A stretch of DNA of 64,000 nt from an uncultured delta proteobacterium (GTDB taxonomy: Bacteria > Desulfobacterota > Desulfuromonadia > Geobacterales > DSM-12255), in the NCBI GenBank assembly GCA_963787125.1, contig CAWBBV010000004.1, positions 32,001 to 96,000 on the forward strand, read 5' to 3'. Both the position numbers and the translations under genes were made by a program. The notes under the pieces were generated by a model, which did not search any database, was not told where the DNA came from, and saw only the letters and a program-made list of their open reading frames with translations. This document shows, piece after piece, positions 1 through 9,315 of this stretch (its first letter is position 1; every line of letters begins with the position of its first letter).

Positions 1-699
1 CTGTTCGGCAAACTCCCGGAGGCGCTCTCCGGTTTTGCCTTTGACTTCCGCAGCCCTCTCCAGAAGCACATCAAGAGAACCGAACTCCTGAATCAGCTTG
101 ATGGCGGTCTTTTCGCCGATCCCCGGCACACCGGGGATGTTATCGGAGCTGTCTCCGGCCAGGCCGAGGATGTCGATCACTTTTGCCGGCACCACCCCGA
201 AACGCTCCAGTACCTCCGCAACGCCGCTCTCTTTCTCCTTCATGGTGTCAAGGAGCCGGACCTGCTCGCCGACAATCTGCATCAGATCCTTGTCGCCGGT
301 AACGACCACCGTCCGCAGGCCCCGCTCCCGGCAATCACGGGCAATGGTGCCGATAATGTCGTCCGCTTCAAAACCGGTCAGCTCCAGCGCCGGGATATTG
401 AACGCCCGTACCATCTCCTTGATCGGCTCCAACTGCTGGCGCAGGTCATCCGGCATAGCGGCCCGGTTAGCCTTGTAGTCCGGATAAAGTTCCGTCCTGA
501 AAGTTATCCGCCCGGCATCGAAGATCACGGCAACATGATCGGGCCGACGATCCTTCAATACCTTTAGGAGCATCTGGGTAAAACCGTAAAGTGCATTGGT
601 CGGAAAGCCGTTCGGTGAAGAGAGATGGCGGATGGCAAAGTAGGCGCGGTAGATGTAGGAGGAGCCGTCAATCAGGTAGAGGGTGGCAGTGTTGTTCAT
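1..699 (-). CDS. polA: DNA polymerase I, N-terminal 5'-3' exonuclease part (runs off window edge)
   Basis: Manual translation from ATG at 699: MNNTATLYLIDGSSYIYRAYFAIRHLSSPNGFPTNALYGF...YPDYKANR; not in ORF track because it is open at the edge. Confidence 0.95.
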   Translation of the reverse strand, partial: MNNTATLYLIDGSSYIYRAYFAIRHLSSPNGFPTNALYGFTQMLLKVLKDRRPDHVAVIFDAGRITFRTELYPDYKANRAAMPDDLRQQLEPIKEMVRAFNIPALELTGFEADDIIGTIARDCRERGLRTVVVTGDKDLMQIVGEQVRLLDTMKEKESGVAEVLERFGVVPAKVIDILGLAGDSSDNIPGVPGIGEKTAIKLIQEFGSLDVLLERAAEVKGKTGERLREFAEQ

Positions 700-728
700 T
701 ATATCCCCGTGTGCAAAAATAGTTTGTG

Positions 729-1640
729 TCATGCAAGCAGGCTCCCCTGCCGTGTCCCGCGCCGCTCAAGTTCATCATCGATGGCGTTTAGTGTTTCGAA
801 TTTCGCTGCAGACCAGAGCGGCGCAATCAGATCCTTGCCGCCGTCACCGGTCATCCGCTGGATAAAAACAGCCGGCCCCAGCCGCTCCAGGAAATCACAG
901 ACCAGACCGACGTATTCGGACTTCTCCAGGAGCTGAATCTCACCCCGTTCATACATCCCCGCCAACCGGGTTTCCCTGCTCACATGGAGCAGATGGATCT
1001 TGACAGCATCAATTCCCAGATCATTGAGAATTGCCGCTGTGGCCAGCATCTCCGTTCGGCTTTCACCAGGCAGACCAAGAATAACATGAACGCAGAGACG
1101 AATGCCGAGCGCCTTGGCTGCCCGGGCTGCGGCCATGAAAGCGGCGTTATCGTGACCGCGTCCGATTTTTTTCAAGGTCCTGTCGATTGGTGACTGCATT
1201 CCCAGTTCAAGCCAGAAATATGTCTGGCGGTTATACGCAGCCAGCAGGTCAAGGGTCTCCGGCGGCAGGCAGTCTGGACGGGTACCGACAATAAGACCGA
1301 CAACATCCGCTACCGCCAGCGCTTCATCATAACTGCTCTTGAGCTGCTCCGGCGGAGCATAGGTGTTGGAGTAGGGCTGGAAGTAGGCGAGAAACTTCTG
1401 CGCCTTGTATTTGCGAGTCATCACCTCTTTGCCATGCTCAAGCTGGGCGGCGATGCTCATCTCGCGGGCAATGCCGAATGATCCTGACCCGCGGTCGCTG
1501 CAGAAAATGCAGCCACCGACCCCGACGGTGCCGTCACGGTTCGGACAGGTAAAGCCCGCATCAATGGAAATCCTCTGGACACGACAGCCAAACTGCTTTT
1601 TCAGCTCTTCAGAAAAGGGGTGGTAGCGTTTCTCGTTCAT
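729..1640 (-). CDS. TIGR01212/YhcC-family radical SAM protein
   Basis: IDAGFTCPNRDG..GGCIFC motif, GTRPDC; likely start MNEKRY at 1640. Confidence 0.9.
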   Translation of the reverse strand: MNEKRYHPFSEELKKQFGCRVQRISIDAGFTCPNRDGTVGVGGCIFCSDRGSGSFGIAREMSIAAQLEHGKEVMTRKYKAQKFLAYFQPYSNTYAPPEQLKSSYDEALAVADVVGLIVGTRPDCLPPETLDLLAAYNRQTYFWLELGMQSPIDRTLKKIGRGHDNAAFMAAARAAKALGIRLCVHVILGLPGESRTEMLATAAILNDLGIDAVKIHLLHVSRETRLAGMYERGEIQLLEKSEYVGLVCDFLERLGPAVFIQRMTGDGGKDLIAPLWSAAKFETLNAIDDELERRGTRQGSLLA

Positions 1641-1817
1641 GTAAGCGGATGATACCTGATTCTGCCATGAGGAGCAACAGAACTGCTTCAAGGTGAATGA
1701 GCACGCCCGTTGGAATTAAATACACTTTATCTGTCTATTATTACTAGACAAAACCCGCCGTGGCTAGCTATGCTACTACTCATAATCGCCTCATTCACGT
1801 TCAAGAAAGAAAAGTTT

Positions 1818-2984
1818 ATGACTGTCAAAAAAAGAGTTCTTATCCCGCTCATCTGCATCACAGCTATCGCTGCTGTTGCCCTGTTCAACACTTACGTCAC
1901 TATCCACCTGGGTGGCCACTTCGAAGGATTTTACCTCCTGAAGGACACACCCAGCGGCAAATATGAGTTTACGGATCACCTTTTTGTCGGTCGTGAAAAG
2001 CAGATAATCTATACGCTCGATCTTAACAACAGCTACTTCAGAATTGCCCGCGGCTTATTCCACCAGCACAATGAAAATAGTAATCATCTCCATTGCGAAT
2101 GGAACCCCAAAGATGGCAACGGCATGGTCAGCAGCTACTTTGCAGACGGCACAGCCCTGGTAACCTATCTGGGCAGGTACCTTGACGATGCAAGAGAAGT
2201 CCATGGTCTTTTTGTCGGGGGAGGGCTGCCTGAAACGGTTGCAAGCAATACTAACTACAACATGAACAACTCCGGCATGACCTACTTCGACGGGAAAAGA
2301 TGGTACCACATCTGGTGCAGCGTTAATGAGGGGATCGGTTCAGAACTGACCGGCATTAGTATCACCCCCGCAGCATGGGAATTCCTCGGTAGCAGGGTTG
2401 AGCGCAGAAGTAGCGACAATGTCATCTTGACAAGCAGTCATAAAACCGTCGTAAATGAGATTCCGGTCCGGATCGACCGAAAAATGAACTTCACTGCCGG
2501 ACAGACATATTTCAACCTGGCGATTACCATAACCAATATCGGCACGGCTCCGCTTGAGTACAGCTACCTTTATGGCGATGAGCCGTGGGTAGGCTATTAT
2601 GGCACCTCTCTGGGGGATGTGGGTTGGGTTAAAGACAGAATTGTCAGCTATGAGGAGATGATAGATACAACCAAGTATTCATTCGTGGGGATGGCTGATA
2701 TCGGCAACAGGGTCATTGGTGAACAGCCGGTCTATACAAATCTTGCCAATTTTATCGAGTGGTTTGGTCCGGAGCGCCCAACTGATGCCTACTTTACCAA
2801 CAATCTTAACCAACTGCCAGAAACCGGCAAAGTCCCTCTTGACAGCAACGAGCGGTTTGTCGGTGTTCATTGGGAACGGATACTGGCGCCTTTGGAGTCG
2901 GCAACCATAAGACTGGCAATCGGCATGGCGGTAATGAACCCGCAAACCGGTATTCCTGAAAAGCCGGCTACCGTCTGGCAATGA
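1818..2984 (+). CDS. Hypothetical membrane-anchored/exported beta-rich protein
   Basis: Long ORF with N-terminal hydrophobic segment after MTVKKR; no recognisable motif. Confidence 0.7.
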   Translation: MTVKKRVLIPLICITAIAAVALFNTYVTIHLGGHFEGFYLLKDTPSGKYEFTDHLFVGREKQIIYTLDLNNSYFRIARGLFHQHNENSNHLHCEWNPKDGNGMVSSYFADGTALVTYLGRYLDDAREVHGLFVGGGLPETVASNTNYNMNNSGMTYFDGKRWYHIWCSVNEGIGSELTGISITPAAWEFLGSRVERRSSDNVILTSSHKTVVNEIPVRIDRKMNFTAGQTYFNLAITITNIGTAPLEYSYLYGDEPWVGYYGTSLGDVGWVKDRIVSYEEMIDTTKYSFVGMADIGNRVIGEQPVYTNLANFIEWFGPERPTDAYFTNNLNQLPETGKVPLDSNERFVGVHWERILAPLESATIRLAIGMAVMNPQTGIPEKPATVWQ

Positions 2985-3004
2985 TCACCACTGTCCCCGC
3001 GCCT

Positions 3005-4021
3005 CTAATCCGCCGAGAAAACAATGACCCGGTTCCTTCCCAGCTCTTTTGAGGAATAGAGGGCAGTGTCGGCCATATCAAGGAGTTTCTGCGGGGAATC
3101 AGGTTTATGCGCTGTTAAAGTCGCCACGCCGATACTGGCGGTGATACTGACCTTCTCCTGACCGCTTTTAAAGCTGTGCAACTCAATCGTTCGCCGGATA
3201 TTTTCAGCAATCAGCTGTGCCCCCGCAATATCGGTGACCGGAAGCAGCACGGCAAACTCTTCGCCCCCATAGCGGCTGACAACATCCGTCTTCCTGACAC
3301 ACTTCTGAATAATTTTCCCGATACCTTTCAACACAGTGTCGCCAAAAAGGTGACCGTAGACATCGTTTACTTTTTTGAACAGATCCAGATCCATCAGCAG
3401 TAGCGCCAGATCGTTGCCATGCCTTTCTGCCAGCAGATAATCGCGCCGCATGACCGACCAGAAATGACGGTGATTATGCAGTCCGGTGAGACCATCCCGG
3501 ATAGAGCGCTCCTTGAGCATGACGTTAAGTTTTTTAAGCTCATTCTCGGCCTTTTTTCTGACCTCCATTTCATCAAGAAGCTTGCGGTGCTCAAGGTTGT
3601 AGCAGTTGATCGCCTCTGTCAGGCTCGTTACATCCTGAATTGAAAAAAGAGCGTGAATCTCTCCCGGGACTTCCGAGGGGACACCGGTTATCAGGGTATA
3701 CTGAACCCTCAGTTTACCTGCCGGCAGCGGTGCCGGGATAAAGTGCTTATGCAGCTGGGAAGAAAAAACCGTCGGAGCGCCTCCGGAAAAAATAGGAGTA
3801 ATCCGGTTGCGGTATTTGGGCGCATCAAGATGGGGGAAATGGTGACAGATATCCGTATTGAGCAGGTTTTCTCTTTTGAGGAGCGTCCACTCCTCCAAAC
3901 AGCGGTTCCAGAAGATAATTCTGAAATCTTTGGAGAGGATGAACACCCCGGTCGGGATATGGTCGAAGAGGCTGTAATCGGCACAGCTTGGGTGGAGCGA
4001 AGCTGGATGACTGCTATTCAT
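3005..4021 (-). CDS. PAS-domain diguanylate cyclase
   Basis: N-terminal PAS-like region, DGLTGLHN, RYGGEEF. Confidence 0.92.
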   Translation of the reverse strand: MNSSHPASLHPSCADYSLFDHIPTGVFILSKDFRIIFWNRCLEEWTLLKRENLLNTDICHHFPHLDAPKYRNRITPIFSGGAPTVFSSQLHKHFIPAPLPAGKLRVQYTLITGVPSEVPGEIHALFSIQDVTSLTEAINCYNLEHRKLLDEMEVRKKAENELKKLNVMLKERSIRDGLTGLHNHRHFWSVMRRDYLLAERHGNDLALLLMDLDLFKKVNDVYGHLFGDTVLKGIGKIIQKCVRKTDVVSRYGGEEFAVLLPVTDIAGAQLIAENIRRTIELHSFKSGQEKVSITASIGVATLTAHKPDSPQKLLDMADTALYSSKELGRNRVIVFSAD

Positions 4022-4607
4022 ACATAAGGTCTATGGCCAGAAGAAGCGCATCAAAAGAGGCGGTTTCGAACACAAGGAAGATATTCCCCTCAATATGTTT
4101 TTCCTGAACTATAAAATGGGTATTTACCAGCAGAATGGAGTGCTGATTGGAACTGGTTTCAATATGGAGAAGATCTCTCAGGGTTCCATGAAGATAGTTT
4201 GGAATCGAAAAATCAAACGGTCTTTGCAGAATATTGCCAATAGTTCCGATAACGCTGTTGATAACAATGTTGCCGACTTCGTTCAAGGTTCCGGCCATTA
4301 AACCGTCAAGACCGGGATTATCAGGTTCTTCATGAGTAAGCGCAGCGACAAGTTTGACAGCGCTTGCGGGCGGAAACACCAGGGCGGCCATGCCTGAAAA
4401 CGAACTTTTAAAACCGAGCTGCACACAGGAGAAGCTATCGTCAGCAGTCCCGGCAACAATTTTCAGCTCATCATAATCAATAAGTCTCACTTCCGGCACT
4501 TCAAGCAGAATAGGCGAATCAAGCATGTCGTTGAGAGACGAAGCTGCCCTGCCAACGCCGATATTGACGATCTCTTTCAGGGCATCAAGCTGCATAGGGG
4601 TCATCAT
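4014..4607 (-). CDS. cheC: CheC-family phosphatase
   Basis: DALKEIVNIGVGRAA and EVGNIVIN ExxN motifs. Confidence 0.85.
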   Translation of the reverse strand: MMTPMQLDALKEIVNIGVGRAASSLNDMLDSPILLEVPEVRLIDYDELKIVAGTADDSFSCVQLGFKSSFSGMAALVFPPASAVKLVAALTHEEPDNPGLDGLMAGTLNEVGNIVINSVIGTIGNILQRPFDFSIPNYLHGTLRDLLHIETSSNQHSILLVNTHFIVQEKHIEGNIFLVFETASFDALLLAIDLMYE

Positions 4608-4609
4608 CG

Positions 4610-4978
4610 CTACTCCTTGTCAGGATTCAAGCACCGGTCAATTGCCACAAGAAGCTCCATTTTCTTCGGTGGCTTGGAGATAAATCCAGCGACCCCCATA
4701 TCAAGGCAGGTTTTTTTGCGACTCTCCTGAATATCTGCCGTAAGAACGAAAATCGGCGTAACTTCTCCGGCGGCCTTCAGCTCGGTAATAAACTCGATAC
4801 CATCCATATTCGGCATCAAAAGGTCGGTGAGGATACAGTCCGGAGTGAAGGCACGGAGTTTTTCGAGACCATCACGCCCGTCTATCGCCTCAAGAACTTC
4901 ATACCCGGCTTCAACCAGAAAATGGCAGATAGTTTTGCGCTGGAAAAGTGAATCGTCGACGACCAGAATTTTCTGCAT
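4610..4978 (-). CDS. Single-domain response regulator (CheY-like)
   Basis: KILVVDD, DLLMPNMDG, FISKP; start MQKIL at 4978. Confidence 0.92.
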   Translation of the reverse strand: MQKILVVDDSLFQRKTICHFLVEAGYEVLEAIDGRDGLEKLRAFTPDCILTDLLMPNMDGIEFITELKAAGEVTPIFVLTADIQESRKKTCLDMGVAGFISKPPKKMELLVAIDRCLNPDKE

Positions 4979-5159
4979 TATCCCTCCAACCCGGAAGTTC
5001 ATAAAACATCATTTTAAGTTCGCATTATAGCCACGATTAGCCCGCTTTATCAAGCAAAGATTTAAAATTGCTCACTGGAGGCGACATGAATCGCGGTTTA
5101 TTTTTTTCAGAGGGTATGGTATTAATTTATAAAATAAAACATGTGGGAGAGTGTGGTAA

Positions 5160-6263
5160 ATGAACCGTACTTATGATGTTCTGATAATCGGCGGCGGCCC
5201 TGCGGGGCTCTCAACCGCTTTCATCTGCCATAAACAGGGGCTGTCATATCTTGTTCTTGAATCAGGGAAATCCGTGTTCCAGGGGATTGCCAACACTTAT
5301 CCCCAGGGAAAGCTGGTATACCCCTCAAAACCGAAGGATGCGCCGGAACCTTTTCTGGTTGAAGAACTCCGCCCGCCGGACAAGCCGGTGACAGTGGAGA
5401 GCTACCTCCAGTACGTGCAGCATTTTGTCCAGCATGAAAACCTGAATGTCCAGACTGAAGTAGCTTTCGAAGATGTTCGTGACGATCGTGACGGTCTGAC
5501 GGTTATCACCTCCAAGGGGAATTTCAAGGGCAAGAAGGTCGTTCTCTCTTTTGGCAGCAACATCCCCCGGGAACTCTCTGTTTACGGTGATGCCAAAATG
5601 GTCGCCAAGAACGTTGATGACCCGTCCAAGTACATCGGTGTCAAAACTCTGGTTATCGGCGGCGGCAACACTGCTGCCGATGTTGTCATTACCATTTTGA
5701 AGACCAAGCGGGAAGCCAACGATGATCAGCCGGTGTACTGGGCACACATCTCGGAAAAGTTCGATGTCAACAAGGAGACTGCCCAGAGACTGGGAGAAGA
5801 GATCCTCCTTGGCGGCAACATCAGGCTCCTCCCGGGGGCAACCCCGCGAATAGGCGAGGTTGACGATGAAGGGGTTGACCGCCTGGTAATCCGGATCAAC
5901 GAATTCAAGCAGTCCGACGGGATTGACCTTTACCACGCCATGAGTTTTCCCATGCAGAACGTCATCGCCTGCATCGGTTCACAGGGACCGGTACCGATTT
6001 TCGACAAGCTTGGCATCCAGACCATCGCCTGCACCTCCGGAGTCTGTAAAATCGCCAAAGAAGGGGATCGGCTGGTGCTCCTCACCGCTGAATTCGAATC
6101 AACCCGTAAAGGTGTCTACGTCATCGGCGGGGCGATCTCGCCGTCATTCATGAAAATTGCGGCCGGAAGTATTCAGGAAGAAAAACACCCGAACCTGATC
6201 TACACCGCTGTCAATGATGCTTCCCATGTTGTTGAAGCGGTCAAGAAGAGCCTCGGGAAATGA
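5160..6263 (+). CDS. FAD/NAD(P)-dependent oxidoreductase (thioredoxin reductase/YpdA-like)
   Basis: IIGGGPAGL and VIGGGNTA dinucleotide-binding motifs. Confidence 0.85.
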   Translation: MNRTYDVLIIGGGPAGLSTAFICHKQGLSYLVLESGKSVFQGIANTYPQGKLVYPSKPKDAPEPFLVEELRPPDKPVTVESYLQYVQHFVQHENLNVQTEVAFEDVRDDRDGLTVITSKGNFKGKKVVLSFGSNIPRELSVYGDAKMVAKNVDDPSKYIGVKTLVIGGGNTAADVVITILKTKREANDDQPVYWAHISEKFDVNKETAQRLGEEILLGGNIRLLPGATPRIGEVDDEGVDRLVIRINEFKQSDGIDLYHAMSFPMQNVIACIGSQGPVPIFDKLGIQTIACTSGVCKIAKEGDRLVLLTAEFESTRKGVYVIGGAISPSFMKIAAGSIQEEKHPNLIYTAVNDASHVVEAVKKSLGK

Positions 6264-7429
6264 ACTATGCAGTATCCCCGCTGATTGGGCGGGTCCATTT
6301 CCCGCCGATCTCCGAAGTCCGCCAGTGGGCTGCCGAGTATCAGCGCGGCGGCGAACTCCCGCTGATAGACCTCTGTCAGGCGGTTCCGGACTACCCCCCG
6401 GCAAAGGAGCTGACCGACTACATGGCAACGCTCCTTGCCGACCCGCTGACCTCCCGCTATACCCCTGATGAAGGGCTTACCCCCGTGCGGGAAGCTCTGG
6501 CGGCCCGTTACCGCAGGATCTACGGCGCAGTGCTGACGCCTGAAAACATCTGCCTGACAATCGGCGCCAGTCAGGCTTTCTGGCTTGCAATGGTGACGCT
6601 TTGTCAGGCGGGTGACGAAGTGATCGTCCAGACCCCTTACTACTTCGATCACGACATGGGCCTGGCAATGCTCGGTATCAACCGGGTCTACGCTCCGTTT
6701 AATACCGACAACGGCGGACTCCCTTCTGTTGAAAAAATCGCCGGGCTGATTACTCCGAAAACCAGGGCGATCCTGCTGGTGTCACCGAGCAATCCGACCG
6801 GCACGGTTACCCCGCCGGAGCTCCTGGCTGAGCTGTACCTGCTGGCTGCTGATCACGGCATTGCCCTGGTTGTTGATGAAACCTACGCTGACTTCATCAT
6901 TGCCGACTCCGCCCCCCATCAGCTCTTCGCAAATCCCGGCTGGAGCGACCACTTGATTCAGATCATGTCTTTCGGCAAGACCTACTCTCTTACCGGCTAC
7001 AGAGCCGGACTGCTCCTGGCGTCGGGAAAACTGATCCATCATGCCCTCAAGGCTCAGGACACCATGGCGGTCTGTCAGCCGCGCCTGACCCAGATGGCGC
7101 TCGCCTTTGCAGCCGACAATCTCGACCCCTGGGTACGGGCAAATGCCGGGATGATGGCAAAACGGCATGAACGGTTCTGCGCCGAGTTTGAGAAACCTGG
7201 CAACCGCTTCGAGCTGGTTGCCAGCGGTTCGTTTTTCGGCTGGATTCGCCACCCCTTCCCCGGTCTGACCGGTCGCCAGGCGGCAAAAAAACTTATTGAT
7301 GAAACCGGCCTCCTGACCCTGCCGGGAGAAGTCTTCGGGCCTGGTTTTGACAATTATCTTCGCCTGGCACTGGGAAACGTCGGCGAGGAGAAAATCGTCG
7401 AAGCCGTCGGCAGGATGCGTGGTTTATAA
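6260..7429 (+). CDS. Class I/II PLP-dependent aminotransferase
   Basis: PSNPTG, DETY, SFGKTYSLTGYRAG. Confidence 0.9.
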   Translation: MNYAVSPLIGRVHFPPISEVRQWAAEYQRGGELPLIDLCQAVPDYPPAKELTDYMATLLADPLTSRYTPDEGLTPVREALAARYRRIYGAVLTPENICLTIGASQAFWLAMVTLCQAGDEVIVQTPYYFDHDMGLAMLGINRVYAPFNTDNGGLPSVEKIAGLITPKTRAILLVSPSNPTGTVTPPELLAELYLLAADHGIALVVDETYADFIIADSAPHQLFANPGWSDHLIQIMSFGKTYSLTGYRAGLLLASGKLIHHALKAQDTMAVCQPRLTQMALAFAADNLDPWVRANAGMMAKRHERFCAEFEKPGNRFELVASGSFFGWIRHPFPGLTGRQAAKKLIDETGLLTLPGEVFGPGFDNYLRLALGNVGEEKIVEAVGRMRGL

Positions 7430-7480
7430 CAAAACCCGATCAACAGGATAAGCGCGTTAGCTAAATTACCAAGGAGCTGC

Positions 7481-8230
7481 ATGAACGTAACTGACATAAA
7501 ACTGCTGCTGGAGCAGGTACAGAGCGGCAACCAGAGTATCGACGAAGCGCTGGAGCGCTTGCGCCATCTCCCGTTCGAAGATCTGGGCGATGCAATCATC
7601 GATCATCACCGGAGCCTGCGCCAGGGGTTTCCGGAAGTAATTTTCGGCGCAAACAAGCGGGTCGATCAGATTGAACGGATCATCACCGCGCTTCTTGCCA
7701 AAGGAAACAACATCCTCGCCACCCGACTGGAAGAAGATAAAGCGCAGCAGTTGCTCAAAGCCTTCCCGGAAGCCACCTGGCACAGCGATGCCCGTTGCCT
7801 GACCATCGAGAAAAACCCGGTGGCAATAACCGGCAGAGGGACGATTCTGGTGATCTCGGCGGGCACCTCGGATATTCCGGTGGCAGCCGAGGCGGTTGTG
7901 ACCGCAAAAATCATGGGAAATCATGTGGAGCAGCTCTTTGATGTCGGCGTTGCCGGACTGCACCGCCTTCTGGCCCGCAAGGATCTGCTTTTCTCGGCCT
8001 CCGTCCTGATCGTTGTGGCAGGTATGGAAGGGGCGCTGCCATCCGTTGTAGGCGGCCTTGTCAACCGGCCGGTCATAGCAGTACCGACCTCTGTCGGCTA
8101 CGGCGCGGCTTTCGGCGGCGTCGCCGCTCTTTTGGGGATGCTCAATTCCTGTGCTTCCGGGGTGACGGTGGTCAATATCGACAACGGTTTCGGGGCGGGG
8201 TACGCAGCGAGTCTCATGAACAGGGAGTGA
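7481..8230 (+). CDS. larB: Nickel pincer cofactor biosynthesis protein LarB
   Basis: [47 protein letters not shown]. Confidence 0.93.
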   Translation: MNVTDIKLLLEQVQSGNQSIDEALERLRHLPFEDLGDAIIDHHRSLRQGFPEVIFGANKRVDQIERIITALLAKGNNILATRLEEDKAQQLLKAFPEATWHSDARCLTIEKNPVAITGRGTILVISAGTSDIPVAAEAVVTAKIMGNHVEQLFDVGVAGLHRLLARKDLLFSASVLIVVAGMEGALPSVVGGLVNRPVIAVPTSVGYGAAFGGVAALLGMLNSCASGVTVVNIDNGFGAGYAASLMNRE

Positions 8231-8406
8231 CCGTTGGCTGTTGCCTGCATTCGTGCTGCGGAGCTGTTTCTGTAATTCTAGGCTCATTTCGCTACAGCAG
8301 ATAAACTCGCTGCGCTCAGACAATATCTGCTGCTTAACGCTCCATTTCTCCAAGAATTAAGACGAAACACCCCCAATGCACTCATTTCGACAACAGCCAA
8401 CGGTCA
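8228..8406. repeat. 179-bp imperfect palindromic (MITE/REP-like) element
   Basis: Perfect 16-bp terminal inverted repeats TGACCGTTGGCTGTTG / CAACAGCCAACGGTCA plus nested internal inverted segments. Confidence 0.75.
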
Positions 8407-8434
8407 GACAGATCACACTCAAAGGAATTATTTC

Positions 8435-9214
8435 ATGCTTACTGTAACTATAGAAAAAGTCCATTTTGTCGGTGCCGGACCGGGCGATGCCGAGCTGATA
8501 ACCGTCAAAGGGGCACGGCTGCTCTCTGAGGCTGATGTTGTCGTTTATACCGGCAGCCTTGTGGACCGGGAGCTGGTAAAAAGGTACGCGCCAAACGCTC
8601 GCTTTCTCGACTCGGCCTCAATGAACCTTGAAGAAACAACCGCCGCCCTCGCTGAGGCTGTTGCCGCCGGCCAGCAGGCCGTCAGATTGCACACCGGCGA
8701 CCCCTCAATTTACGGCGCAATCCAGGAGCAGATGGCGGCACTCGACCAGCTTGGCATAAGCTATGAGGTCGTCCCCGGCGTTACCAGCGCTTTTGCGGCC
8801 GCAGCAACCCTGAAGCAGGAGTTGACTCTCCCCTCGGTAACCCAGACGGTCATTATCACCCGGATTGCGGGGCGGACACCGGTACCGGAACGGGAAAAAC
8901 TCTCCAACATCGCCGCAATCGGCGCAACCATGGTGATCTATCTTTCTGTGGGGATGATTGCAGAGGTCGTTGCGGAGCTGCTGCAGGGCGCCTATACGCC
9001 TGCCACACCGGTGGCGGTAGTTGCCAAGGCGTCCTGGCAGGATGAGCAGACCATTGAAGGCACCCTTGCTGATATTGCGGACAAGGTCAAAGCCGCCGGT
9101 ATCGGCAAACAGGCGCTTATAATCGTTGGCGATGTACTGAAGGCACGGAAGGAAGGTGTTCCCGAGCTTTCCAAACTTTACGATAAAAATTTCAGCCATG
9201 GCTGCAGAGCTTGA
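8435..9214 (+). CDS. cobM: Precorrin-4 C11-methyltransferase (CobM/CbiF)
   Basis: VHFVGAGPGDAELIT, RLHTGDPSIYGAIQEQ, SKLYDKNFSH. Confidence 0.93.
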   Translation: MLTVTIEKVHFVGAGPGDAELITVKGARLLSEADVVVYTGSLVDRELVKRYAPNARFLDSASMNLEETTAALAEAVAAGQQAVRLHTGDPSIYGAIQEQMAALDQLGISYEVVPGVTSAFAAAATLKQELTLPSVTQTVIITRIAGRTPVPEREKLSNIAAIGATMVIYLSVGMIAEVVAELLQGAYTPATPVAVVAKASWQDEQTIEGTLADIADKVKAAGIGKQALIIVGDVLKARKEGVPELSKLYDKNFSHGCRA

Positions 9215-9315
9215 AGCCGCTAAAATAAAGCCCGCAAGCAACTGCGGGCAATACAACCGTTGCCGGAATCAAAGCCAGATCCATTATCCTTCGGTGCAGT
9301 AATTCCTTCACCGAA

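Noticed and set aside
8231..8434. Cobalamin riboswitch upstream of cobM
   Set aside because: No B12-box motifs recognised; the region is explained by a symmetric palindrome.
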